The notes under the pieces were generated by a model. The model was not told where the DNA came from. It saw only the letters and a program-made list of their open reading frames with translations, and searched no databases. The translations under genes were made by a program, and so were the position numbers. A stretch of DNA of 64,000 nucleotides, from assembly GCA_977020255.1 (NCBI GenBank), contig CDROCS010001661.1:1-64000 (forward strand), in the 5' to 3' direction. This DNA comes from Obrimoposthia wandeli (Eukaryota). Below, piece after piece: positions 14,334 through 26,779 of the stretch. Position 1 is the first letter of the stretch. Each line of letters opens with the position of its first letter.

Positions 14334-15124
14334 TGTTGGGAATGAAAAAAATTGAGTTATTTATGATGGGTTAATTAGTGGAAAAGTTAATTAATTGTTC
14401 CCTTAATTGAGGGGCGATTGGAGGGGTTATATAGATGCACTTTGGCATTTTTGTTTTCCTTCAGTCCCTGACCGGCTTAACCGGTTTCGCCCTGCCGGCT
14501 CGTCGGGGGGACGGCAGATTTATCTCTAGCTTCGCGGTGGGCAAAATGCCAGCGAAGTCAGAGATAAAAAAGAAAAACAGATTAGAAGAAAAACACTTAC
14601 CTGCACAAAGTCGTTCAGGTTTCACAGAACCACCTCCACTACCGCGATCTGCCTTGGCGCGGGAAGCAGAACTCCGGACCTTCTTCCACATATTCATCGC
14701 TCGGCAACCTCCGCTGTCCAGACCGCCTTCATCGGATGCAGTCCTGTTTTCTCTTCTTTCAACAGCGGCAGTCTTCTGCATGTTTGTGTGTCTCCAAAAA
14801 CAGTTACAGCACAAATCGATATCTCCTTATCTCTGCCTTTTGCACTCTGTTAACTGAGCATTTACTGCTGACTGTATGCAGGTGATCAGTTGCTATAAAT
14901 AGCAACATATTTTTGGATTCGTGACACAAACAACTATAATAATTATTATCATTGCTTTGACAATTTACAGAACCGTATTGGAAATAAAAAATTGCATTTT
15001 GATTTTTGTTGTTGAATTTATCGCATTTTGAGTTATAACAATTTCATTGGGAAACAAAACGATTGGAGTTGATATAATTTTGGAAACATAGAGTTTTGAA
15101 TTTATTGAATTCGGAGATATAACA
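14334..15124 (+). mobile_element. 791-bp solo LTR (Gypsy-like) with 4-bp TSD
   Basis: TGTT...AACA ends flanked by AATA on both sides. The empty site ggaca-aata-taatacatg is seen at about 20150 and 63406. TATAAA near 14896 and AATAAA near 14984. Confidence 0.85.
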
Positions 15125-16419
15125 AATATAATACATGTCTTAACGATATTTATACCCATAATATTGTTGTATTTTATTGTGACATTTTTCTAAATTCAAA
15201 TGTTGAAGTTCTTGACAATGAGATAGATATTACGCTAATTGCGCTAGATAACAAACTACAAAGAAAGTATTAGGTTTGAAAACTGTTCAATTATCTAGTA
15301 ATTAAAACTATAATAAAGAAATACAATAAAGTTTATAAATAGTATTAAACTAAACATTGAGAATATAATTGTCGTTTTTATCAATTATTTAATTGTCTTT
15401 TATTACAAAGTAGACAATATCTAACAAATTAATTCACGTACTATTTTATATTGACAAAAGAATCATTGTTGAAAAGGATTAATACACAGATTAACCAGAA
15501 GATATATGGAGAAAATAGTGTTTTACTGATAATAAGCATTTTAAGCTGACCAAAAAATTATTTGTTATTTATATACTATTTTTTTAAAATATTTATTTAA
15601 CATTAAGAGTACATGATATAAGGTTTTAGTGAAATAAATCAGTGGCTTCAGTATGGGGAGTATAGCAATATGATCTGGGAGGTGATCACAAGTTAGTTGG
15701 TCGAGTGAAATTTAAGGACATGTTAAACATATTTGTTGTGAGATGCATTAAATTATAAAGATTTTTTATTATCACAAGAGGTCTTTCAGAATATGTATAC
15801 CAATATGATTAGAAGTTTAGAAGATAATGCAGTTTTTGTCAACGGGATACTCGGAATTGTATTAACTAATTTTTCCAGAGACTTAAACCAAAAAACTTAA
15901 AGAAATAAGTGAAGAAAATTATAAAGCTGAAAATACATTTTTAAGTAAATTATATTGTTATTTACGAACACTCACAGAAATAATTATTACAAAATTTTGC
16001 TACACTACAATTATTCCATTCTGCTTATTCGAACAAACACACAACATTGATAATTGCACTAAACTAGAATTTTTAACATTCAATTTTGTAGGAAATATTT
16101 TAAGGGTTTTCTGATATTGTTTTTTTTCGATTATAAATTTTTCCCAATATGTCAAATGTTTTCTTAAATTTGTCATTCTTCAATTTTTTTAATAAATAGC
16201 CTAGAAAGACTTTCTCTACCCTTTTGAAGGCCTAGAAAATATACATTATTATACACTACAAGATTAGTAATTAAAATTGTAGTTCCTAGATTTCTGGTAA
16301 ATGTAATGATGATAGTGGTGAAAATATTTTTGTTCTGGATGCCAAAAGATTATCACCAGATTTTATTAAATAAAGAGAGTAGGAAATATGTGGTGTTTGG
16401 TGAATAATGTAAAAGAACT

Positions 16420-16845
16420 GTTAAATGTTTAGGAGATATGTTACGTGCCGACGGATTGAGACCTACGAAAGATAGATGTGATAAATTGAAAGCATATCCA
16501 ACACCAAAGAATCACAATGAATTTAGAAGTGTTTTAGACTTAGCAGGATATGTGGGTCAGAAGTTATCTAAAGGCTATTCGGAATTAGTTGGAGATTTAT
16601 GGGATATTATGAAGAAAGATGTTTATGTATGGAAAGACAGCCATGAATCTCAGTTTATAAAATTGAAACATGAATTATCAATTATAAACCCTTTGAAAAT
16701 ATTTAATAATGAGTTAAAGTGAAACTTAGAACAGATGCAAGTGACTATGGGCTCGGTGCTGTTCTATTACAAGATAATCAACTTATTATTTATGTCTCAC
16801 GAAAATTAAATGACACGGAAATAAGGTACTCACAAATATAAACTT
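16420..16845 (+). mobile_element. Second Ty3/Gypsy fragment (RT connection / RNaseH)
   Basis: DGLRPTKDRCDKLKAYPTPKN...FRSVLDLAGY followed by TDASDYGLGAVLLQ...YVSRKLNDTE.RYS. Confidence 0.88.
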
Positions 16846-17335
16846 GGCCAATGTTGAATAATAAAAGTAAGCCTTGGTTTTATTGATTTGGTAAATTTAA
16901 TGGTTATGCACACCTAACTTGGCCAATGCTAAATAATGAAAGTAAGGATTGGTTGTATTGATTTTTTAATGAGACCAAAATATGTGGTAATTGTGATGAT
17001 GATAGTGGTGATGGTGGGTGATGGTGGGATGATAATGTGTAGTGGTAATAATGATAAGTTTATTATTATTTTTGTTATAGAATTATAATAATCCATTCCA
17101 TGGATTATGAGTTTGAAATCCTGGGTGACATGCCTAAATAATTATGATTATAATTATTGGAGTATTTTTTAAAGTTGAATTTAAATCAATAAAGTTGTTA
17201 GTGGCTTATGATTTAAAGCTCTTTCAGTGTCTTATACGATAAATTGTCTACACTTGTCTACTTATGATAATCTATGCTTATGTGACCTTCAATTGAAAGC
17301 ACAATAATTTCATAGATATTATATGTCTGCTCATG

Positions 17336-17429
17336 AGTAGGTGGATATGTCCGGTCTAATTCACGCCATCCTCCTACCGCCGGAGGGCTACCACTGTCAT
17401 TTAATACCGTGCATGTGTGTGGAGTGAAA
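17336..17429 (+). repeat. Truncated copy of putative Polinton terminal repeat
   Basis: Begins AGTAGGTGGATATGTCCGGTCTAAT and runs to CCGTGCATGTGTGTGGAGTGAAA; homologous to 25775 and 38078. Confidence 0.7.
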
Positions 17430-19264
17430 AAAATCTATACATGTCAAATGTTATTGATGTTCTTTTGCAGTAACCTGCAACACTCATAGAAGAGAGACCA
17501 AACGCATTAGAAAGTCGAAATTAGATTGTCTGTTGCAATTTGGTTGAGACTTTTTAAAATTTAAACTCAAGCAGTAATCAGCCATCATATTTCAATTCCA
17601 TTGCTCTTTATAGCGTCATTCCATTCCAGTAATATCTCGATGGAAACGTATAAAATGTTCTTCAAAGATGCTCATAATTTTTTTGGATACATTTTAAATT
17701 TATTTGTTTATTAATAAATCCATTGATTACTCTGATTTCATATTTACACTTAAAATTCTTCTACCACATAGAGATTTTAAACAAAAATAGAAATTCGAAA
17801 ATCGATAAATTATCGTCATAAAAATGAAATGTTGCATTTAAATTAGTATGTTCCTTTACATATTATATAATTTATAGTAACTTCATGCATGTATTGCGTA
17901 ATATATGGAAAATAATTTGAAAATAAAAATTTTCCTTTTGACAAAAATCTAAACATGCTGGAATGTTTTGATTAGCATATTTGAAAGTTCTGTACTAGAA
18001 TTTTATTGTAATATTTAATCACCAAAATATGAATTGTGCCGTGTTATTACGTTTATAATATATTTACAAATTAGACAGAAATCTAATATTAAAAATTAGT
18101 TACTTAGCGACATAGGGTAACCAATATTAAGCTACTTCCAAACACATTGCAAACAAAGAGACAAACATGAAGTACAATGCAACTTTAACTTGCTCGTTTA
18201 GATTCAGTGACATGCTGTCTTTGAAATCTTTGTTTGATTGTTATTTATTTTATTCACAATTATCAATACTTACATTATAACTTTATATTCAATAGTAGTT
18301 TTACAAATTAACTCTACAGATCAACACTCAATAATTTATTGAATAACACTTTACTATATTCAAAATGTACTATGTACCACAAACGTCTCATTACGTCTGG
18401 CTATTATAAACATTACAAACCGCACACACGTAAGTGTGTATCCAACAACACAATTTCCAATTACATACCACCGACTCATCTAACCTATTTCTTATTTAGT
18501 ATCTTGGCCAGAAACACAGTTTTACCCAATTTGCGACAGGATCTGTGATTCTATTCACATATCAACTGCAGGTATTAATTTATTAACTTTACTAATTTAA
18601 TTTACTAATCTACAACAGGTGTAGCATAAATACACCATAATAATTTTAAACTCTCACACTCATCGAATATAAAGCACTTATGAATAACTATGGGCCTATC
18701 GCTGGCCCATTCAAATTAATTGTTGATTTAGCAAACTTGCATAGTCAACATTGATGATTTCCCGATTCTTGATGTTATAGCGTGATATTATTTGAATGGT
18801 GGGGAAAATGAACATTACCCACTGAATTGGTTTGTGATCCTAACATTAGAGCTGCTGACGTTGAGCCATAAGAAGATCCCCTGGGCACTATTTAAAGCAC
18901 ATCCGCTTGTGGTAATTCGTACACCAACGAAGGCCGAGTCAGCGGACAATGGAAGCGGAGGCACCATAATTTTCACAGAAATCACGATATAAGAACTAGA
19001 CACAATATTAAATATTAAATATGATAGTTGAAATTGTTATTATTGAAATAATTATTATCAAAACAAGCCAGGGTACTCAGATGTGGGGATTTTTTCATCC
19101 ATAGATGAAAGGGTCTGGCTCAATTATAACTTGACGGTTTGAAGGTATGGTTGGCCAACATACCTAAGGCGTTGTGGTCGTCTATATATGAAGGGGTCGG
19201 GATCAGTTACGACTTGAAGTTATATTTGATGTCATCTCAATTTTTAAAATTTATTTAAATCTGA

Positions 19265-20125
19265 ACTTTAAATTTTACTGGGATATTTTTCTCCAATATA
19301 TATATTATCTGATATATTCTTCAACAGTATCAAATTAACAATATTTCCTACCCTTTTCTTTGATCTATATGCAATGTATATGTAGGAAATTTTATAACAT
19401 CAACATATTTTTCTTCAATGAAGACATCATTGTATAAAAGTACATTAATCCTTATATTCGGATTCTTTGTCTCAAACTTTAATATATTTGAAATCTTCAT
19501 TGGCATATCTGTTTCGTCAAACATCAAATCTTTCAAAACTGGTGAATACTTTCATACAAGAGTTGTATGATTAGTAATCTCACCATGTTTCAAAACAGCC
19601 AGAATTACATAAATAAAACACAGATTGTCATTGTTTTGAAAACTTACAATAGCTTTACTTTTTTATAACGATTTTGGTGTTGGAATGTTTGAATGTCCAG
19701 ATAATGCAGATCTTTCACTATATTTCGTTATGACAAATACATAGTCTAAAACTTTTATTAATTTCCATCCACTTCATTTTCGGAATATTCTTCAACTCTC
19801 TTATCCATAGTTTCTTCGATTTCAGGCATTTTTCATAAATAAATATGACCGCCTTATGAGACCGTTCTCCTTTTTTAATTTCATCCGTATAATGTATTGA
19901 ATTTTTGCATTGCCCATATTATTCATTATTTCTGCTACTTTAAATAGAAGATTATTCGGAATTTTTAAATCAATAAGATCTAGATGAGCAACTTTCATTG
20001 TCGAAGCCGGAACTGCGATTGGAGTCAAATCATAATTTAAAGCTATAGTCGGAATTGAATTTAAAAATCTTTTTTCTACTTATAAATGCTATTAAATAAT
20101 GTTTTTTATAAAATTCTTATAATTA
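19265..20125 (-). pseudogene. Polinton PolB N-terminal fragment, copy 2 (no solo LTR)
   Basis: Near-identical to 13440-14300, with the empty LTR site immediately beyond it. Confidence 0.85.
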
Positions 20126-21238
20126 TCCAGTTCTGTAGTTGAACAATATGGACAAATATAATACATGCCTTAACGATATTTATACCCATAATATTGTTGT
20201 ATTTTATTGTGACCTTTTTCTAAATCCAAATGTTGAAGTTCTTGACAATGAGATATATATTACGCTAATTGCGCTAGATAACAAACTACAAAGAAAGTGT
20301 ATTAGGTTTGAAAACTGTTCAATTATCTAGTAATTAAAACTATAATAAAGAAATACAATAAAGTTTATAAATAGTATTAAACTAAACATTGAAAATATAA
20401 TTGTCGTTTTTATCAATTATTTAATTGTCTTTTATTACAAAGTAGACAATATCTAACAAATTAATTCACGTACTATTTTATATTGACAAAAGAATCATTG
20501 TTGAAAAGGATTAATACACAGATTAACTAGAATATATATGGAGAAAATAGTGTTTTACTGATAATAAGCATTTTAAGCTGACCAAAATATTATTAAAGTT
20601 ATTTATATACTATTTTTTTAAAATATTTATTTAACATTAAGAGTACATGATATAAGGTTTTAATGAAATAAATCAGTGGCTTCAGTTTGGGGAGTATGGC
20701 AATATGATCTGGGAGGTGATCACAAGTTAGTTGGTCGAGTGAAATTTAAGGACATGTTAAACATATTTGTTGTGAGATGCATTAAATTATAAAGATTTTT
20801 TATTATCTCTAGTTGCCTTTCAGACAATGTATACCAATATGATTAGAAGTTTAGAAGATAATGCGGTTCTTGTCAACGGGATACTCGGAATTGTATTAAC
20901 TAATTTTTCCAGAGACTTAAACCAAAAAACTTAAAGAAATAAGTGAAGAAAATTATAAAGCTGAAAATACATTTTTAAGTAAATTATATTGTTATTTACG
21001 AAAACTCACGAAATAATTATTATCAAATGAATGTACATGTATATTTACTAATTGAATTTCTGTCTTTATGGATTTGTTTTATAAAAGGTTTTTGACACTA
21101 CTTTGGACATAGGAAATTATTTAAAATTATTTTTGCTGAGAATGAATTGAATTAAAAATTAGGATAGTTTGTCGATCTAATGGAATTAGAAAAGTTCGAT
21201 TTAAAAGTTTTATATCAGTTTATTTTGATTTTGATTTT

Positions 21239-21261
21239 TATTATTATTTTTTTTATTATTA

Positions 21262-21317
<56 letters not shown>
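21239..21317. repeat. (ATT)n microsatellite
   Basis: Direct run of ttattattatt with short T tracts at the left. Confidence 0.95.
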
Positions 21318-22320
21318 AACAAATATAAACATAAATAAAATAATGCTGTCAATCCCTACAGACAAAATCTTGATTATACTTGTTAAAGTTGCTGATCAAG
21401 GCTATCGTCATTTGGTTGGTATCGAAATTGTAGCACCATCTCACGGGTTCTTCCACTGTTGATTGAAGCAGAACCTTTTCATTTTCGTACTCAATCACCT
21501 CAAAGGTACCGGATTGAGGAGTGAAATAGTCGGGTTCACTGTACAATGCGTACTCTAGATTGTAGAATGGATAAAAGGTGTTAGTCAGAAAATTAATTAT
21601 ATTTTGTTGCTTTGAAGCTATTTCTTAGAGGACCTATATAGCATACCGTAAAAACTAAATTGAAGATTTCTTAAATTGGTAAACCTGCAGAATTGTCTAT
21701 TTATTTACATATTCAGTCTTTAAAATTCATTTTGAATTACGATATTTTAAATAAATACTCTCCCAAAGGATCTTTCTTCAAAACTAATAAGAGATATTGG
21801 AAATGAGAATATTTTTCAATTTGAGAAGTTTGGTGCTTGGTCGTCATTTACATTCAGTCTCATACTCTTTTTCAATTCAGAGCAAAAGTCTGCCAATCTT
21901 CAAAGCTGACGAATAAGAAATATTTTAAAAATACATCAGAAATGTTTAGAAGAAAATATTTTTATTATTGAATGACTAATAGCTGAAAAGTGAAATATGA
22001 CAAAATTGCATTGGAAACATACAAATTTGAACATATACAAAGTCATTGGGAAATTTTGCTACACTACAATTATTCCATTCTGCTTATTCTGGCATTTTAA
22101 AAAAAACATCATATTTTAATCCGATTCCTTATTTGAGAATGGATCCTCTCCTGAGATATGTAGGAAATTTTTATTATCCAGAAAGAATTTCTAAATGAAA
22201 ACTATGTAATATATTAAAGAGGCATCAAATTATACGAGTTATGTATTTTGTAAAAATATCAAAAGTGGAGAATAAAAAAAAAATCTTATCGAAATTTTAA
22301 CAACATTTGAGATTGATCAA

Positions 22321-22551
22321 TTGAAAATTATTTTGGGATTTTACATTCCTGATTATGTATATGAAGGAAATTCTTTCCAGCTTGAAACGGATCCCAGTCT
22401 GGCTTTTAGAGATGATCTAGAATATTTGAGTGCTCCAATTTTAGATGAAGGACTATGGAATATTTCAATACGTCTCGGATATTTTGTTGATGAAGGAAAT
22501 ATGCATCCTCTTTGGACTTTGAGTGAAGCCAATATGGTGTTTTATGTTTGA
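22321..22551 (+). other. Unassigned ORF fragment (IILGFYIPDYVYEGNSF...)
   Basis: Protein-like 76-aa open frame with no family recognised. Confidence 0.25.
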
Positions 22552-22885
22552 TTTATTCAATGTTTTGAAAATAATTTTGACTCGTATTTTGTTTTTCTCC
22601 CTAAATTATATAAATCCTACCTATTTTTTTCTCCTATAAATCATAAAACTGACCTAGACATTTAACAAACATGTATTAATTTATTAATTTAAAATTTCTA
22701 TTAAAATAGTAGTAATATATTCACATACACATATTTTTGAAATCTCGTCTGCGATAAGCCGCCGGGGTCAACATGGATTTCCATGGTCTTCTCTAATCAC
22801 CTTTGAGATTATCGGTAAAATTCAAAGTAAAATTTTAAAAAAAGTGGGGGGAGACCCCCACCCTCTCCCCACTTCTGGTGGGATA

Positions 22886-22996
22886 GACACACATGCACGA
22901 AATTTCACTCCACACACATGCACGGTTTTAAAGGACAGTGGTAGCCCTCCAGAGGAGGGCAGGGGGTGGATTAGACCGGACATATCCACTTACTCT
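22886..22996 (-). repeat. Variant copy of putative Polinton terminal repeat (no fold-back)
   Basis: Reverse complement reads AGAGTAAGTGGATATGTCCGGTCTAATCC...GTCCTTTAAAACCGTGCATGTGTGTGGAGTGAAATTT-CGTGCATGTGTGT. Confidence 0.7.
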
Positions 22997-23804
22997 CATG
23001 CTAGATCACAAGACTACAGAAGAGCAAATTTTAAGTTTACCTGCTGTCTAAATTTCAATTTAAATATGAGATTTGATAAAATATATATGTTATTAAATTA
23101 TACTTACTTTCAAAGTTGTCACTGAAAACTTGTGGAAAAGGTTTTGATTTCCTTTGCTTATAGAAGCCTTTATGACCGGTGGAAATTGTCGATAGTGTAG
23201 TCAACATATTGGTGCGCATAAATATTTGCATTTTTCCACTTTTGTCTACCTATAAAATTGAATGATCAATATGATATAGTTAAGTTTATTTACTTTTTCA
23301 AGAGTATATCATAAGTAATGTACCTAGTAAAAAATATGTTTATTATTTTAAAAACAAAACATCGATAACTAGAAATGTTATGAAACAATAAAGAAACAAA
23401 AAAATAATAACTTAATACAAAACTTCAGGAGGCTAATTAAATCACATTTATTGAACATGCACTTCCGGCGACTGGAGAAAGAAGAGTCAGAAGATAAATA
23501 ATTATGATATACAGATGCTGTGTTCATTTGTGTGTATCTGTTACATTTGTAAACTTTAAATACCTGTTTATCTATAGATATAAATAAAAATCTATAAATA
23601 ATGGAAAATCATTGCTACTGCAATCACTTTAGCTAATTAGAATTATCTGCTTATCTATACAAGTATCAGTACATCCAGTGAATTGAAGAAGCACTTCCCA
23701 ACTAATACCTATTGTCGATATTCTAAATGATATTTTTTACAATTATATATAAACAATTATAAAAAATTGTACAATTATGATCTGTAATTATTTCAGTATT
23801 TTTG

Positions 23805-24115
23805 TGGTTATCAAAATGTTCATCATTATTTCAATGTTCTGATATTATATTTCTCTGGGCACAACACCGTAGCAGACCTTTTTAATATAATTCAGCATTG
23901 TTGGTTGTGAAGATTTCTTAGATTGGATGTCGCAATCTCTAGGTCGAGTGTGGCTTATCTTTATATACAACATCCCTCAACATACACCATAGAAAGAAGT
24001 CTGGTTGTGTTAGCTCTGGGGACCGTGCTGGTCATTCAGTTGACTCAAGTCGCACAATCCGGCGATTTTTAAAAATTGCATTTAACCTTCGTCGAGTATA
24101 ATGGGAGTCGAAATT
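23805..24115 (-). mobile_element. Tc1/mariner-family transposase C-terminal remnant
   Basis: E*PARSPELTQPDFFLWCMLRDVVYKDKP...EHF matches WPPRSPDLTPLDFFLWG.LK..VY...P...HFE, with in-frame stops. Confidence 0.8.
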
Positions 24116-25337
24116 TATTATGACTTCAAGAGACTGTATAATGATATTTACTGAGGTATACTAAACAACAAAATTGATCTATTCTTTACTCGCAGAAGTT
24201 ATCTAACAATGATTTACCTACAAGATGTGGCAGCGAACAGAGTCTTCTACAGTGACCTACTAGGTCACAAAATCTTATTATATGTGACCTTTTTTAAAAG
24301 AATACTTCAGGAGGAAAATTCCTAGAATTGCACTCAGAAAAAGTAAAAATAATTCGTGAACAGGAAAAATCATTCTCAGTAAATAATTTCAGAAAAGAGT
24401 TTATCTATGTGGTGAAATGGCTTTCACATTATTTCATTTTAACGTTAAGTTATGTAATCAGATGCCGGAAATATCCTACCGAGGATAAATATCCTGTATA
24501 CATGAATAAATCTTGTGTTTGTAGAATCTGACTATTGAATTAGGTATTCGGTGTAAAATATAACTCGTTATTTAAACATTCTTGTGTACATTTTAATTAT
24601 GTTTAGTATTGTACAGTTTTATGTACTTCTTATACTATAGGACGTTTTTACCCAAAAGTGTAATTTTGATGAGCCGTACATTTTTCAATTGGAAATAATT
24701 TATGTTTTAAAATGATGTTTTGTTCATTTATGTGCGACTTTTAGATGTCTAGAAATTCTTCTTTCAAGTTTAATTAATTAACGTTTTAATTAACAAAAAT
24801 CACATTTTTGTGGAACTTTTTTAATATGAAAATTTAAAAACTTTCGAGCATACATGAAGTAAATCAATATTTCATTAATCATTTATGAATAGTTCAGTTT
24901 TAGAGCTAAGGTCTTTCTTTAAAAGGTTATTCGTAAAAAGGTGAATTTTACATAAAATTAATTAATATTTTAAAACTATTTTTCTTTATTGTGGGTAACA
25001 TTTTAATTACATATCATTTTAATAAGTATTTTAGTATAAACTTTATGCATAACTTAGGCAATTGTTATTTATTTGCTTTATATTTTTTAAGGATAGTTAT
25101 TTAATTATTTGTTATTTTAATGTTCTTTTAAATTTAACTCTAACATATACTTTGAGTAATCAATAATTAATCAATGTAGTGAACTTACCTCTCCGAGATT
25201 TGAGCACTATATGGGCGATCATTGAGATTTTCAGTTCTAAACGGTCTTAAATAGGATTAATAAGTATCTTGTGGTGATGGGAGGGGAGTTAAAAACACTT
25301 ATGCATTACTTTATATAATTCATAAAGTAAAAAATCA

Positions 25338-25733
25338 TCAAAAAAATCGTAATAAAATAAAACTTGATGAAGGCAATCCAACTGTATCTGATTGGAAGTC
25401 TTCTTAATTGACAGAATTCATCCAGATGTCGTCTGTTAATTCAACGAAATCAGATCCCTAGATGTCCCCCAACCAGCTGTTGTTGCTCCATTGAGGCTGC
25501 TCCCTCTCGAAATCTGACTGAGTGATATTTTCCATCCAGTCAATGTTCAAGTCCTCAAAATCTTCTTGGGAGAGGACGTTCATCCACTCATTGTTAGTTA
25601 TTTGTGTGGATGAGGCAGCAGCGGATTCGGGAGAATGGAGGGAAGGACCAATATCAGGACCGTAAACAGGTTGAAAAGCTGCAACTGGAACAGGAGCTGG
25701 AGCTTGAATAATCAGCGAATCGCACGATGGCCC
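25338..25733 (-). pseudogene. Acidic repeat ORF remnant (inverted copy of 38120-38515)
   Basis: Same Pro/Ala-rich then W-x-x-x-I-x-Q-x-D-F repeat frame as at 38.1k. Confidence 0.45.
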
Positions 25734-25774
25734 TCAAATTTTAGACAGATTCAGTGATAAGATAAATTATGATG

Positions 25775-25995
25775 AGTAGGTGTATGTGTCCGGTCTAATC
25801 CACACCCCCTCCCCCCTTGTCCTTTAAAACCGTGCATGTGTGTGGAGTGAAATTTCGTGTAGGTGTGTGGAGTGAAATTTCACTCCACACACATGCACGG
25901 TTTTAAAGGACAAGGGGGGTACTTCCCCCCCTAAAAAACATTTTCGAGCGTGTCGGCGCGAAGGACTCGGGACTGACATTGGTCACAGACTAGCC
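25775..25995 (+). repeat. Putative Polinton terminal repeat with perfect hairpin
   Basis: Starts AGTAGG. The 45-bp arms at 25811-25855 and 25875-25919 are exact reverse complements around a 19-nt loop. It ends in a partial 46-bp repeat unit. Confidence 0.8.
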
Positions 25996-26779
25996 CTACA
26001 ATGTACGGATAATTAGAGAGATTACTTTGATCAATTAGTCAATTTACGATCAAGAGTATATTATTAATCTGCATCTTTAACTAGGAATTTTATTAAATTT
26101 CAAAATGATTCATTAAATCAAAAATGTTCTCTACTTTCTTTTGCAAAAGTTTTTATTTGTAAAAGAATCTGTAAAAGTTTTGTAACTAAAAAATGATTAG
26201 TTTCAAAGAATATTGTTTGAAGATTAGCTTATTTAAGGAAATTAAAGTATATAATAAATAATTAATTTAATTATCACTAGTAAACATCGGATATCAATAC
26301 TATATTGGAACATTTTGTTTAGAAATTATTACATCAGGACTAGAAATGGATTAAATTATATTCTCTCTTTCGATTCATGTAAACCTAAAATTATTTTCAA
26401 GTATCATTTATTGATATAATTTATTAAATAATGTTTAGAGTATGTATTTATCTCAGTCATAATTTATTCATATTACTTGAGTCTATTGATAACTATATTC
26501 TAAAAAAATAATTTTTCATTGATCGATATATCAAACAAGAAAATTCTTGCAAAACTCTACAAGCTTATTGATGTTATCAATATTATGGAAACTTATTTTC
26601 AAACCTCAACAACCAGTCGATTTATTACTTCAAATAAATCGGTCTAGTAAAGTCATTATACATAAAAGGTTCTATAAGAGAAATAAAGAAGATGCATGAG
26701 ATTTGTTACATTTAGATGAGATATGACATGGGTGTTTATAAGGTTTAAGAATAGAAAATAATGGATAGAGTTTTAGAAG

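Noticed and set aside
14435-14857. 140-aa and 117-aa overlapping ORFs (also 49797-50219)
   Set aside because: They lie within the GC-rich core of the solo LTR and have no recognisable motifs; likely chance ORFs.
18340-18750. Possible second solo LTR (TG...CA, small TGGGCC/GGCCCA hairpin)
   Set aside because: No TSD, empty site or unambiguous boundaries were found in the window.
21349-22551. Possible capsid or penton fragments
   Set aside because: The frames look protein-like but I could not match diagnostic motifs; this needs an HMM search.
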